A stretch of DNA of 64,000 nt, taken from NCBI GenBank assembly GCA_041658985.1, contig JBAZZC010000003.1, positions 10,540 to 74,539 of the forward strand. The letters are read 5' to 3'. Position 1 is the stretch's first letter. Each line of letters opens with the position of its first letter. Under the pieces are notes generated by a model that was not told where the DNA came from, made no database searches, and saw only the letters and a program-made list of their open reading frames with translations. Below are positions 45,000 to 54,073 of the stretch, piece after piece. The stretch comes from Minisyncoccota bacterium (GTDB taxonomy: Bacteria; Patescibacteriota; Minisyncoccia; Phycocordibacterales; DATDWN01). Position numbers and translations under genes: made by a program.

Positions 45000-45178
45000 T
45001 AAGCAGTAAAGAGACCAATCACCTCTATGGCTTTGGGAAGAAAGCAGAAATGCAAATAGAACCCAACGGGTGGCCCGTTATAGCCGTAAAGAGAAGTAAG
45101 CAAGGTGGTACCACGAGAAACTCGTCCTTGCATAGCAAGTGTTTGCTGTGTAGGGACGGGTTTTTTATTACAAAAAAT
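45000..45178 (+). promoter_or_regulatory. T-box riboswitch leader with an AUC (Ile) specifier upstream of ileS
   Basis: T-box sequence AAGGTGGTACCACGAG (45102-45117). A 16-bp terminator stem plus GGTTTTTT follows at 45122-45168. The specifier loop ACCAATCAC carries AUC followed by a purine, in the AGAG/CTCT stem at 45010-45030. Confidence 0.55.
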
Positions 45179-48100
45179 ATGGAAAAAGAAAAAATAGAAA
45201 AAAGTGAAGTTGCACTGAAAGAAGAAAAAATCCTGGAGTTTTGGGAGAAAAGTGAAATTTTCAAAAAAACCCTAGAAAAAGAGGCACCAAAAGGGGAGTT
45301 TGTCTTTTACGATGGGCCTCCATTTGCCACTGGTTTGCCTCATCAGGGGACATTGCTTGGTTCCATTGCTAAGGACCTAATTCCTCGCTACAAAACGATG
45401 CGAGGCTACAGTGTGCGTCGTAGATGGGGTTGGGATTGTCACGGTTTACCTATAGAAAATCTTGTAGAGAAGAAACTTGGCCTCAAGCATAAAAAAGATA
45501 TTGAAGAAATGGGTATAGAAAAATTTAACGAAGAATGTCGCAGTCAAGTGTTGACATATGTTCATGATTGGAAAGTGTACATTGACCGCGTGGCTCGTTG
45601 GGTTGATTTTGAGGGCTCTTACAAAACCATGGATTCTAGTTATACCGAAAGTATTTGGTGGGCACTCAAACAAATGAATGACAAAGGCTTGCTTTACGAA
45701 GGCAGAAAAGTTCTTTTGTATTGTCCAAGATGCGAGACTCCTCTTTCTAAAGCAGAGATTGCTATGGACAACTCATATAAAGATATAACGGAAGAGGCGG
45801 TGACAATAAAGTTTAAAATAAAAAATCCAGAAAAACATAAATTACCCCAGAACACATATTTACTTGCATGGACAACAACCCCGTGGACATTACCTGGAAA
45901 CGTTGCACTTGCAGTTGGTAATGATATTGAATATCAAGTAATGAAAAAGGGGCAAGAAACCTATGTTGTTTCTACACAGGTATGGAAACAGGGAATCTTG
46001 GGAGAGTTTGGCAACCTAGCAATAGGAGATGTTCGTAAGGGGGCTGATTTGGTTGGTTTGGAATACGAACCACTTTACGAAATACCTGTTGTAAAAAATA
46101 GTGGCAAAAAAGCTTGGTATGTTACCTCGGCTGATTTTGTTAATACAGAAGAGGGAACGGGTATTGTGCATACGGCGGTAATTTATGGAGAGGATGACTA
46201 TCAACTTGGTCTAAAAGTTGATTTACCAATGGTTCCACTGCTTTTGCCAAATGGAGAGTTTAATAATGAGGCTCCGGAATTTATTCGTGGAATGTATGTG
46301 AAAAAGGCCGAGAGATATATAAAAGAAGATTTGGAAAAAAGAGACTTGCTTTTCAGTAAGACCATGAACACTCACTCATACCCTCATTGTTATCGTTGCG
46401 AAACCCCCCTTATATACAACGCTCTCTCAAGCTGGTTTATTAATATTCAAAAAATAAAAAAACAAGTTATTGATTTGAATGAAAATATAAACTGGGTTCC
46501 GGACCATCTTAAACATGGACGTTTTCTAGATATTGCTCAAAATGCTCCGGACTGGACAATAAGCAGAAATCGCTATTGGGCATCGCCACTGCCAATCTGG
46601 AAAGATGACAAGGGTAAATATATTGTTATTGGAAGTATTTCTGAACTTAAGGATTACATTGGTCGTCGCAATAATTATTTTCTCTTACGTCATGGAGAAT
46701 CGGAAGGAAATGCAAAGGGTGTTATAAGTTGTAAGAAAGATGGTAAAGACTCACTGACTTCTCTTGGTAGAGAAGAATCTCTCTCTTCTGTAAAAGAACT
46801 CAAAAATAAAAAAATAGACATTATTATTTCATCGCCTTTTGTAAGGACACGTGAAACTGCCGAAATTATTGCCGAAGAGATGGGGATTCCAAAAGAGGAA
46901 ATTATCTATGATGATTTGCTTGGTGAGATTTCTTGTGAAAAGTACGATGGGGAATTGTGGACAGGTTTTAATTTCAGGAAAAAAGAAGAAGGGGTTGAAA
47001 CTCCACGCCAGGTTCTCTCGCGAACAATGAAAGTTATGTATGGATTAGATAAAAAATATGAAAGCAAAAACATTTTAATTATTGGACACGGGGGACCACT
47101 TAGAATAATCAAACTTGCGTCAAGTGGTTTAGCAGAGGAAGATATCATGAAGCATTATTATGATGACCCACCAAGAAACGCAAAAACGATTGACTGTGAT
47201 TTTGTGGCATTGCCTCACAATGGGGCATATGAAATTGATTTACACAGGCCATACATTGATGAGGTTGTGCTACATGACAAAGACGGTTCTATTCTCAAGC
47301 GAATACCAGAGGTTATTGACTGTTGGGTTGAATCTGGGTCAATGCCTTTTGCCGAATATAATTATCCGTATTCAAATAAAGAAGAATTTGAGAAAAGAGC
47401 TCCAGGAGATTTTGTGGCTGAGTATATAGCCCAAACCAGAACTTGGTTTTACTACATGCATGTCATCTCTACGGCTCTTTTTGGACGGGAATCTTTTAAA
47501 AATGTTTTGACTACCGGAAATATTCAAGCCAGTGACGGAAGTAAAATGAGTAAGTCAAAGAGTAACTACACAGACCCATTGCTTCTCATGAATAAATACG
47601 GTGCTGACGCTCTGCGTTACTACATGATGACTTCTGTTGTGATGCAGGCAGAGGATTTAAACTTTAAAAATGATGATGTCAAAGAAGTTAACCAAAGAAT
47701 GTTAAATATCTTGCGAAATGTTTTATCTTTCTATGAAATGTATAAGACGGATTTTACTGGAATCCCAAGCAAAAATAATGTTTTGGATAAATGGATTTGT
47801 TCTAGGTTGGCAGTTTTGCACAAAGAAGTAACTGAGGGTCTGGAGAAGTATGACACAATCCGTTCTGGGCGGCCGATAAGACTTTTTATAGAAGATTTAT
47901 CAACTTGGTATTTGCGTCGCTCAAGAGACAGATTCAAATCAGAAAACTTAGAGGAGAGAAAAGAGGTCTCAGAATGTACCGCTTTTATTTTGGTAGAACT
48001 TGCAAAAATAATGGCTCCGTTTACGCCATATATTGCCGAGGAAATTTATCAGGGTGTTAAAGGAAAAAATCATAAAGAAAGTGTACATTTAGAAAATTGG

Positions 48101-48604
48101 ACAGAAAGCATGGAGGATTTTTTAGACAGGGAACTTATTGTTCAAATGCAAAAAGTCAGGGAGGTGGTTACCCAAGCCTTAGATTTACGTCAGAAAGCTG
48201 GGTACAGTGTTAGACAACCTCTGCCATCTCTTGTTGTGTCGCAAAATTTTTCTAAAGAACTATTAGATATTATTGCTGATGAGGTCAATGTAAAAGAAAT
48301 AAAGGTCTTGGAAGGAAGTGAGGTAAGATTGGACACAACCTTAACCGAAGAATTGAAAAACGAAGGAATTGCTCGTAGTGTTATTCGTGGTATCCAGGAT
48401 GTAAGAAAAAATGAAGGTCTTAATCCAGGCGAGAGAATAAAGCTGATTATTTGTGCAGATGAAAAAATAAAATCTGTGATTGTTTCTTTTGAGATTTTAA
48501 TCAAATCTCCAACACAGGTGGTGGAGATAATATACTCAAACGAAAAACAAACTCACGCCATTTCTTTGGGTTCCGGCGAGATGACGGTAACAGTATCTAG
48601 ATAA
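45179..48604 (+). CDS. ileS: Isoleucine--tRNA ligase with an inserted histidine-phosphatase (PGAM-like) domain
   Basis: PHQGT (a HIGH variant), WTTTPWTLPGN, and KMSKS. An internal segment of ~190 aa carries the LLRHGESEGN and IIGHGGPL catalytic motifs of the histidine phosphatase superfamily. Start moved to MEKEKIEK, downstream of the T-box. Confidence 0.85.
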   Translation: MEKEKIEKSEVALKEEKILEFWEKSEIFKKTLEKEAPKGEFVFYDGPPFATGLPHQGTLLGSIAKDLIPRYKTMRGYSVRRRWGWDCHGLPIENLVEKKLGLKHKKDIEEMGIEKFNEECRSQVLTYVHDWKVYIDRVARWVDFEGSYKTMDSSYTESIWWALKQMNDKGLLYEGRKVLLYCPRCETPLSKAEIAMDNSYKDITEEAVTIKFKIKNPEKHKLPQNTYLLAWTTTPWTLPGNVALAVGNDIEYQVMKKGQETYVVSTQVWKQGILGEFGNLAIGDVRKGADLVGLEYEPLYEIPVVKNSGKKAWYVTSADFVNTEEGTGIVHTAVIYGEDDYQLGLKVDLPMVPLLLPNGEFNNEAPEFIRGMYVKKAERYIKEDLEKRDLLFSKTMNTHSYPHCYRCETPLIYNALSSWFINIQKIKKQVIDLNENINWVPDHLKHGRFLDIAQNAPDWTISRNRYWASPLPIWKDDKGKYIVIGSISELKDYIGRRNNYFLLRHGESEGNAKGVISCKKDGKDSLTSLGREESLSSVKELKNKKIDIIISSPFVRTRETAEIIAEEMGIPKEEIIYDDLLGEISCEKYDGELWTGFNFRKKEEGVETPRQVLSRTMKVMYGLDKKYESKNILIIGHGGPLRIIKLASSGLAEEDIMKHYYDDPPRNAKTIDCDFVALPHNGAYEIDLHRPYIDEVVLHDKDGSILKRIPEVIDCWVESGSMPFAEYNYPYSNKEEFEKRAPGDFVAEYIAQTRTWFYYMHVISTALFGRESFKNVLTTGNIQASDGSKMSKSKSNYTDPLLLMNKYGADALRYYMMTSVVMQAEDLNFKNDDVKEVNQRMLNILRNVLSFYEMYKTDFTGIPSKNNVLDKWICSRLAVLHKEVTEGLEKYDTIRSGRPIRLFIEDLSTWYLRRSRDRFKSENLEERKEVSECTAFILVELAKIMAPFTPYIAEEIYQGVKGKNHKESVHLENWTESMEDFLDRELIVQMQKVREVVTQALDLRQKAGYSVRQPLPSLVVSQNFSKELLDIIADEVNVKEIKVLEGSEVRLDTTLTEELKNEGIARSVIRGIQDVRKNEGLNPGERIKLIICADEKIKSVIVSFEILIKSPTQVVEIIYSNEKQTHAISLGSGEMTVTVSR

Positions 48605-48712
48605 TTTCTAATTTTCAATTCTCAATTTTCAAACAATTTCCAATTATAAAATTTCTGAATTAGTAGATTAATTTATTTTTTAGACATTAAAAATTAGAAA
48701 TTGAAAATTTTT
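48603..48712. repeat. AT-rich inverted-repeat pair related to the four-helix-bundle cassette IRs, between ileS and recO
   Basis: TAATTTCTAATTTTCAATTCTCAATTTTC ... AAAAATTAGAAATTGAAAATTTTT. Shares the TAATTTCTAATT start with 551-593. Confidence 0.45.
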
Positions 48713-49300
48713 CTCATGTCCTATCACATTTACACCACAGATGGAATAATTTTAAAACGCAAAACATTTGGAGAAGCCAATGTCTTGTTACATGTTTTAA
48801 CTTATGATTTAGGTTTAATTATTGCTTCGGCTCAGGGGGCCAGACTGTCTTCTTCTAAGCTTCGTTCGGCCCTTCAAGAATATACACTTAATTCCATCTC
48901 GTGCGTTAAAGGTAAAAATGGATGGAAAATGACAAACGCTGTAGAAAAAGAAAACTTCTTTTTTAATTATCCTGCTTATTCTCACAAAACTTTGTCCCAA
49001 GTTGGCTTTGTCTTATTAAAGATGATTCCTGGAGAATCTCCCCACAAAGAAATTTTTCAAACCATAAAGACAGGTTTTGAATTTCTGAAATTTTTGCCGG
49101 AGAAACATGTATCAGATTTTGAGGTTTTGATTGTTTTGCGTATTTTACATCAGCTTGGATATGTAGAAAACAAAAAAGACACAGATAGCTTTTTAGAAAA
49201 TAATGAAGAGTGGAACGAATTAATTCTTGAAAAAGTACTAAAAAACAAGAAAAACATCATTCCAATAATAAACAAGGCCCTAAAGGAAAGTCAGTTATAG
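48701..49300 (+). CDS. recO: DNA repair protein RecO
   Basis: N-terminal OB fold (DGIILKRKTFGEANVLLHVLT) and a Lys-rich region (KGARLSSSKLRS). TTG start. Confidence 0.65.
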   Translation: MKIFLMSYHIYTTDGIILKRKTFGEANVLLHVLTYDLGLIIASAQGARLSSSKLRSALQEYTLNSISCVKGKNGWKMTNAVEKENFFFNYPAYSHKTLSQVGFVLLKMIPGESPHKEIFQTIKTGFEFLKFLPEKHVSDFEVLIVLRILHQLGYVENKKDTDSFLENNEEWNELILEKVLKNKKNIIPIINKALKESQL

Positions 49301-49312
49301 TCAACGTTTAAA

Positions 49313-51229
49313 TTGTTGTGGTATAATATTTGGATGGAATTCGAAAAAAGCAGTATAGAGCGTCTAAAAAGGACTTTATATTCTAGAAATGAAAATGTTG
49401 TTCCGAAGGAAAAACGTACTCCTGTTTCTGGTAAAGAAGTCAATGCCCCTACCGACTGGGGCACAAAACCATCTTTTGATATTCCAATTGACGATACCAT
49501 GACCAAACGAAATCATTCATTTTTTAACAAATTTCTAATTGGTTCTTTCGTTTTCTTTTTTGTTGCCCTTGCTGTGGCTGTTTTTATCTTTTTTGGAGGA
49601 ATGAATACCATTTCTTCCAACAACTTAAATATAAAAATAGTAGCTCCGAGTTCCATGTCTTCTGGAGAAGAGCTTCTGGTGGAGCTTTCTATTATAAATG
49701 ATAATCGTGCAGATTTAGAGCAGGTGGCCTTTTTCGTTGATTATCCAGAGGGAGCTTTGTCAGTTGGAGAAAACAAACCTTTGTCCCGTGATAAAGTAGA
49801 TTTGGGTGTTATTTCTAGTGGTGGCAGTAAAGATTATGTGGTTCGTGCAATATTGTCTGGCGAGAAAGAAACAGTTAAGACTTTTCATTTCAAAATAGAA
49901 TATAAAGTAAAAGGGTCAAATGCTGTTTTTTCAAAGGAAAAAACTTATGATGTCATAATTAGTTCATCACCAATCATTCTAGACGTTTCATATCCAAAAG
50001 AGATAAATTCTGGTCAAGAGGTAAACTTGTCTATAGATTTAATTTCTAATTCAAATGTGATAATTAAAAACTCTCTAATAAAAATTGAATATCCATACGG
50101 TTTTACTTATAAAAACTCAAACATAAAACCTTCAAGAGATAATTCTGTTTGGAATACAGGCGACCTGAAAAATGGTGATAAAAAAACTTTGCTAATTAAT
50201 GGTGTTTTGGTTGGTCAGAATTTAGAAGATAGGTCTTTCAAAATATCTGCGGGGACCCAAAAACCTGGAACAACAGTAGATTTTGAAACGCCATTAGCTA
50301 CTAGTGTGGTGACAATAGGAATACGCAAGTCATTTTTTGATCTTGTTATCGATTCAGAGCCTGTCTCAGTAATGGGTTATCTTATGCCAGTGACAATTAA
50401 GTGGCAAAATATTTTACCTGATAAGATATTGAACACAAACATAGTGGCAACAATCTCTGGGAATATTTTTGACAGAACAACTGTGAAAGCTAACGATGGT
50501 GGATTTTATAGGTCAGTTGATGATACTATCCTTTGGGACAAAAACAGTACAAGTAATTTAACAAGTATCTCTCCGGGTGATTCCGGTGAGGTCTCATTTC
50601 TAATTTCTTCTCTTCGAGATTCAATTCAGACTAAGTCAATAAAAAATCCACATATTGACGTAAATATAAAATCAACAGGAGACCGCTCTGGAACAGAAAC
50701 TGGAATAGTCTCGTCCAGTGAAAATATTACAATAAAAATTTCGTCATCCTTTGTGCTTACCGTCAAAGCTTTTCGTAATCTCGGACCGTTTAGTAATATA
50801 GGACCTATTCCTCCTAGAGCAGATAAAGAATCTACTTATACAGTAGTCTGGACATTGACCAATGCGAATAATGATCTGAAAGACACCTTAGTGACAGCTG
50901 TCTTACCAGCCGGAGTAGAATGGAAAAATGAAATTTCTCCTATCGGGGAAAAATTAAGTTTTAACCAGGAAACAAGAGTCTTATCATGGAATATAGGTAA
51001 TGTCTCCTTAGGTACAGGTTTCACTTATTCACCAAAGGAAGTTTATTTTAAAATTGGAATAATTCCAAGTGTTAGTCAAATTAATTCTATTCCAAATTTG
51101 CTTTCTAAAATTAATTTAATAACCACTGATACTTATACAGAAACACAACTAACATCTGATATTTTTTCGGTTACTACCCAGTATTCTGACCCAAGTTATA
51201 AAAGTGGTGATAATATGGTTGTGAAATAA
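49313..51229 (+). CDS. Large membrane-anchored extracellular hypothetical protein
   Basis: N-terminal transmembrane helix (FLIGSFVFFFVALAVAVFIFFGG) followed by ~550 aa of beta-rich repeats. Confidence 0.5.
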   Translation: MLWYNIWMEFEKSSIERLKRTLYSRNENVVPKEKRTPVSGKEVNAPTDWGTKPSFDIPIDDTMTKRNHSFFNKFLIGSFVFFFVALAVAVFIFFGGMNTISSNNLNIKIVAPSSMSSGEELLVELSIINDNRADLEQVAFFVDYPEGALSVGENKPLSRDKVDLGVISSGGSKDYVVRAILSGEKETVKTFHFKIEYKVKGSNAVFSKEKTYDVIISSSPIILDVSYPKEINSGQEVNLSIDLISNSNVIIKNSLIKIEYPYGFTYKNSNIKPSRDNSVWNTGDLKNGDKKTLLINGVLVGQNLEDRSFKISAGTQKPGTTVDFETPLATSVVTIGIRKSFFDLVIDSEPVSVMGYLMPVTIKWQNILPDKILNTNIVATISGNIFDRTTVKANDGGFYRSVDDTILWDKNSTSNLTSISPGDSGEVSFLISSLRDSIQTKSIKNPHIDVNIKSTGDRSGTETGIVSSSENITIKISSSFVLTVKAFRNLGPFSNIGPIPPRADKESTYTVVWTLTNANNDLKDTLVTAVLPAGVEWKNEISPIGEKLSFNQETRVLSWNIGNVSLGTGFTYSPKEVYFKIGIIPSVSQINSIPNLLSKINLITTDTYTETQLTSDIFSVTTQYSDPSYKSGDNMVVK

Positions 51230-51272
51230 GGAAAGTGGCGAGAATCTAGCATCTAAGTTAATATAGGGTATT

Positions 51273-52661
51273 ATGACTGAAAACAAGAATGACAGAATGG
51301 AAAAGATAGTCTCGCTTTGCAAGAGACGTGGTTTTGTTTATCCATCCTCAGAAATATATGGTGGTTTTGCCGGTGTGTATGATTTTGGACCAATGGGAGT
51401 TGAGCTTGAAAATAATCTCAAAACACATTGGTGGAAATGGATGGTTCATAAAAGACAAGATGTTGTTGGACTAGACTCTAGTATTTTTATGAGCCCACAA
51501 ATTTGGGAGGCCTCTGGTCATACTAAGGGTTTTTCTGACCCAATGGCTGAGTGTAAGGAATGCAATACCAGAATAAGAGTCGATAAGGTACTAAACGATT
51601 TAGGAATTTTTGCTGATGAAAAAATGTCCGAAGAAGAAATCAACAAGCTTTTTGATGAGAATAAATCAAAAATTAAATGTCCTAATTGTAAAAAGCAAAA
51701 TTTTACAAAAGTCAGGAAGTTTAATGTGTTGGTAAAGTCCAATCTTGGTGATTTTACTGAATCCAATTCTAGTCCGTCATATTTGAGAGGAGAAACTTGC
51801 CAAGGGATATATGTAAATTTCAAAAACGTTCTTGATTCACAGCATCCAAAATTGCCTTTTGGTATTGCTCAGATTGGTAAAGCATTTAGGAATGAAATTT
51901 CTGCAAGGCAGTTTCTTTTTAGACTCAGGGAGTTTGAACAGATGGAAATGGAATATTTTACAAGGCCAAAGGATGAAATGGGTGAATATGAAAAATTAAA
52001 AGAATATAGATGGAAGGCAATTTTAAGTCTGGGAATTAAAGAAGAAAATTTGCGATGGAAAAAACACGATAACTTGGTTTTTTACGCAAAAGAAGCATAT
52101 GACATAGAATACAACTTTCCATGGGGATTTGATGAACTAGAGGGGATTCATGCTCGTGGAAATTACGATTTAACACAACATTCTAGTGGGTCAGGAAAAG
52201 AATTGGTCTATCAAGACGAAGAAACAAATGAAAAATTTATTCCGCACATTGTTGAGTCGTCTGGTGGTGTCAGTCGGTTATTTTTTGCAATTCTTTGTGA
52301 CGCTTATCATGAAGACGAAATGGGCGGAGAGACTAGGATTCTTCTAAAACTAAAACCAAGTATTGCACCAATTAAGGTTGCTGTTTTTCCACTTCTAAAA
52401 AACAAACCAGAACTTGTAAATAAAGCCAAGGAAATTTTTGGTTTATTAAATGAAGAAATTCAACCGGTAACATTTGACGATAATGGAAACATAGGCAAAC
52501 GATATCGTAGACAAGATGAGATTGGCACACCATTCTGTGTGACGATTGATTTTGAAACAATTGAAAAAGATGCTGGAGTAACTGTTCGTAATCGTGACAC
52601 TGGAGAACAAGAAAGGGTTCCTGTTATTGAGCTAGTTTCATATCTTAAATCTAAAATATAA
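51273..52661 (+). CDS. glyQS: Glycine--tRNA ligase (dimeric alpha2 type) with a Zn-ribbon insertion
   Basis: Class II motifs (FRNEISARQFLFRLREFEQMEME), a C-terminal anticodon-binding domain, and a CxxC...CxxC insert. Confidence 0.85.
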   Translation: MTENKNDRMEKIVSLCKRRGFVYPSSEIYGGFAGVYDFGPMGVELENNLKTHWWKWMVHKRQDVVGLDSSIFMSPQIWEASGHTKGFSDPMAECKECNTRIRVDKVLNDLGIFADEKMSEEEINKLFDENKSKIKCPNCKKQNFTKVRKFNVLVKSNLGDFTESNSSPSYLRGETCQGIYVNFKNVLDSQHPKLPFGIAQIGKAFRNEISARQFLFRLREFEQMEMEYFTRPKDEMGEYEKLKEYRWKAILSLGIKEENLRWKKHDNLVFYAKEAYDIEYNFPWGFDELEGIHARGNYDLTQHSSGSGKELVYQDEETNEKFIPHIVESSGGVSRLFFAILCDAYHEDEMGGETRILLKLKPSIAPIKVAVFPLLKNKPELVNKAKEIFGLLNEEIQPVTFDDNGNIGKRYRRQDEIGTPFCVTIDFETIEKDAGVTVRNRDTGEQERVPVIELVSYLKSKI

Positions 52662-52793
52662 ATCCGAACACTAACTTTGGCATCGTTGCACATCTCCACA
52701 CGTAGATGTAAACGATAGTCTAGATGTAGATTCATATTTTGTATTAATACTCACTTAGCAACAAGGAGATAATGCCAAAGTTAGTGTGCGGAT
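52662..52793 (+). repeat. R135 inverted-repeat element, copy G
   Basis: ATCCGAACACTAACTTTGGCAT ... ATGCCAAAGTTAGTGTGCGGAT. It begins 1 nt after the glyQS stop codon. Confidence 0.8.
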
Positions 52794-52963
52794 AAGTTTT
52801 TACAAAACAAGATTTAGGTGGTACTATTGGCCTATGGATCCCGTTAGAAATCCCTTGGTTGATTTGTAAAAAATGGATTTTAACGAGAAACCTAATTATT
52901 AAGATATATTAACTAATTAAATGCGGAAAGGCTTTAGTAAAAGGCTTTCCTATTTCTAACGGG

Positions 52964-54034
52964 ATGGATAAAGAGCAAGTCATTAGTATTAGTCTTGGTA
53001 CAATTATTAAGACAGTATTTGTTATTTTGTTTTTTGCACTCCTTTTTTACTTGAAGGATTTAGTTCTTGTGTTACTTTTGTCTATAGTCATTGCTTCTGC
53101 TGTAGAACCAGGGACACAATGGCTTGTTCGGCGCAGAATACCCCGTCTTTTTTCTGTGATTTTCATATATGTAGCCATTGCTATATGTTTTGCTGGTGTT
53201 ATCTTTTTTCTTTTAATACCACTACTTTCTGAATCAAGTGATCTTTTAAGAAATTTTCCAACCTATTTTAAGGCCGGAAGTATTTCTAATTCATTAAATA
53301 ATAACAACTTTTTTTCCTCACAATCAATAAACAGTTTTACGAACAGTCTAAATTTAGAACAAATTACTGAACAGATTAATAATATTATAAATGGTATATA
53401 TTCAAATACGTTCAATACCGTTGCTGTCTTTTTTGGAGGAGTCTTATCTTTTCTTTTAACGGTAATTTTGTCTTTTTATCTAGCCATGGAGGAAGACGGT
53501 GTTGGTAAATTTTTGAAAGCCATCTCTCCCATTAAACACGAAAAATACATAACTTCTCTTTGGAAAAGGTCTCAAAGAAAAATAGGTCTTTGGATGCAAG
53601 GACAGCTTATTTTGGCAATTATTATTGGAACACTTGTTTATCTAGGCCTACTAATCATTAATGTTCCCAATGCCTTACTTCTGGCCACCCTGGCCGCTGT
53701 TTTTGAGATTATTCCACTTTTTGGACCAATTCTTGCCTCAATACCGGCCATTGCAATTGCTTTTATGACTGGAGGAGTTTCTTTGGCTGCCCTTGTTGCT
53801 GGCTTGTATATTATTATTCACCAATTTGAGAATCAACTTATTTATCCACTGGTTGTCAAAAAAGTTGTTGGTGTTTCACCGATAGTTTCCATAATGGCGC
53901 TGGCTATTGGATGGCAATTAGCCGGATTTGTCGGTGTTATTCTGTCGGTTCCATTAGCTTCGGCCATTATTGAATTTTTTGATGATATTGAAAAGGATAA
54001 AATTGAGAAATTCGAAAAGATGAATGCTCAGTAA
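52964..54034 (+). CDS. AI-2E family transporter (PerM/UPF0118)
   Basis: Eight transmembrane helices with the FEIIPLFGPILASIPAI motif. Confidence 0.75.
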   Translation: MDKEQVISISLGTIIKTVFVILFFALLFYLKDLVLVLLLSIVIASAVEPGTQWLVRRRIPRLFSVIFIYVAIAICFAGVIFFLLIPLLSESSDLLRNFPTYFKAGSISNSLNNNNFFSSQSINSFTNSLNLEQITEQINNIINGIYSNTFNTVAVFFGGVLSFLLTVILSFYLAMEEDGVGKFLKAISPIKHEKYITSLWKRSQRKIGLWMQGQLILAIIIGTLVYLGLLIINVPNALLLATLAAVFEIIPLFGPILASIPAIAIAFMTGGVSLAALVAGLYIIIHQFENQLIYPLVVKKVVGVSPIVSIMALAIGWQLAGFVGVILSVPLASAIIEFFDDIEKDKIEKFEKMNAQ

Positions 54035-54040
54035 GTCGAA

Positions 54041-54073
54041 AGTTTATAAAGTCTGTAAAGTCCATAAAGTAGA
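54041..54073. repeat. Tandem TTATAAAGT-type 9-bp repeats (reverse orientation) immediately upstream of metG
   Basis: AGTTTATAAAGTCTGTAAAGTCCATAAAGTAG. Confidence 0.5.

Noticed and set aside
45050-45178. The track start at 45050 gives a 43-aa N-terminal extension of IleS.
   Set aside because: This region forms the T-box leader and terminator. IleS homology begins at MEKEKIEK (45179).
2699-52793. Whether the R135 repeat family could be a CRISPR array.
   Set aside because: Copies are ~135 bp long and kilobases apart. They are internally inverted-repeat structured, not short direct repeats with regular spacers. No cas genes are present.
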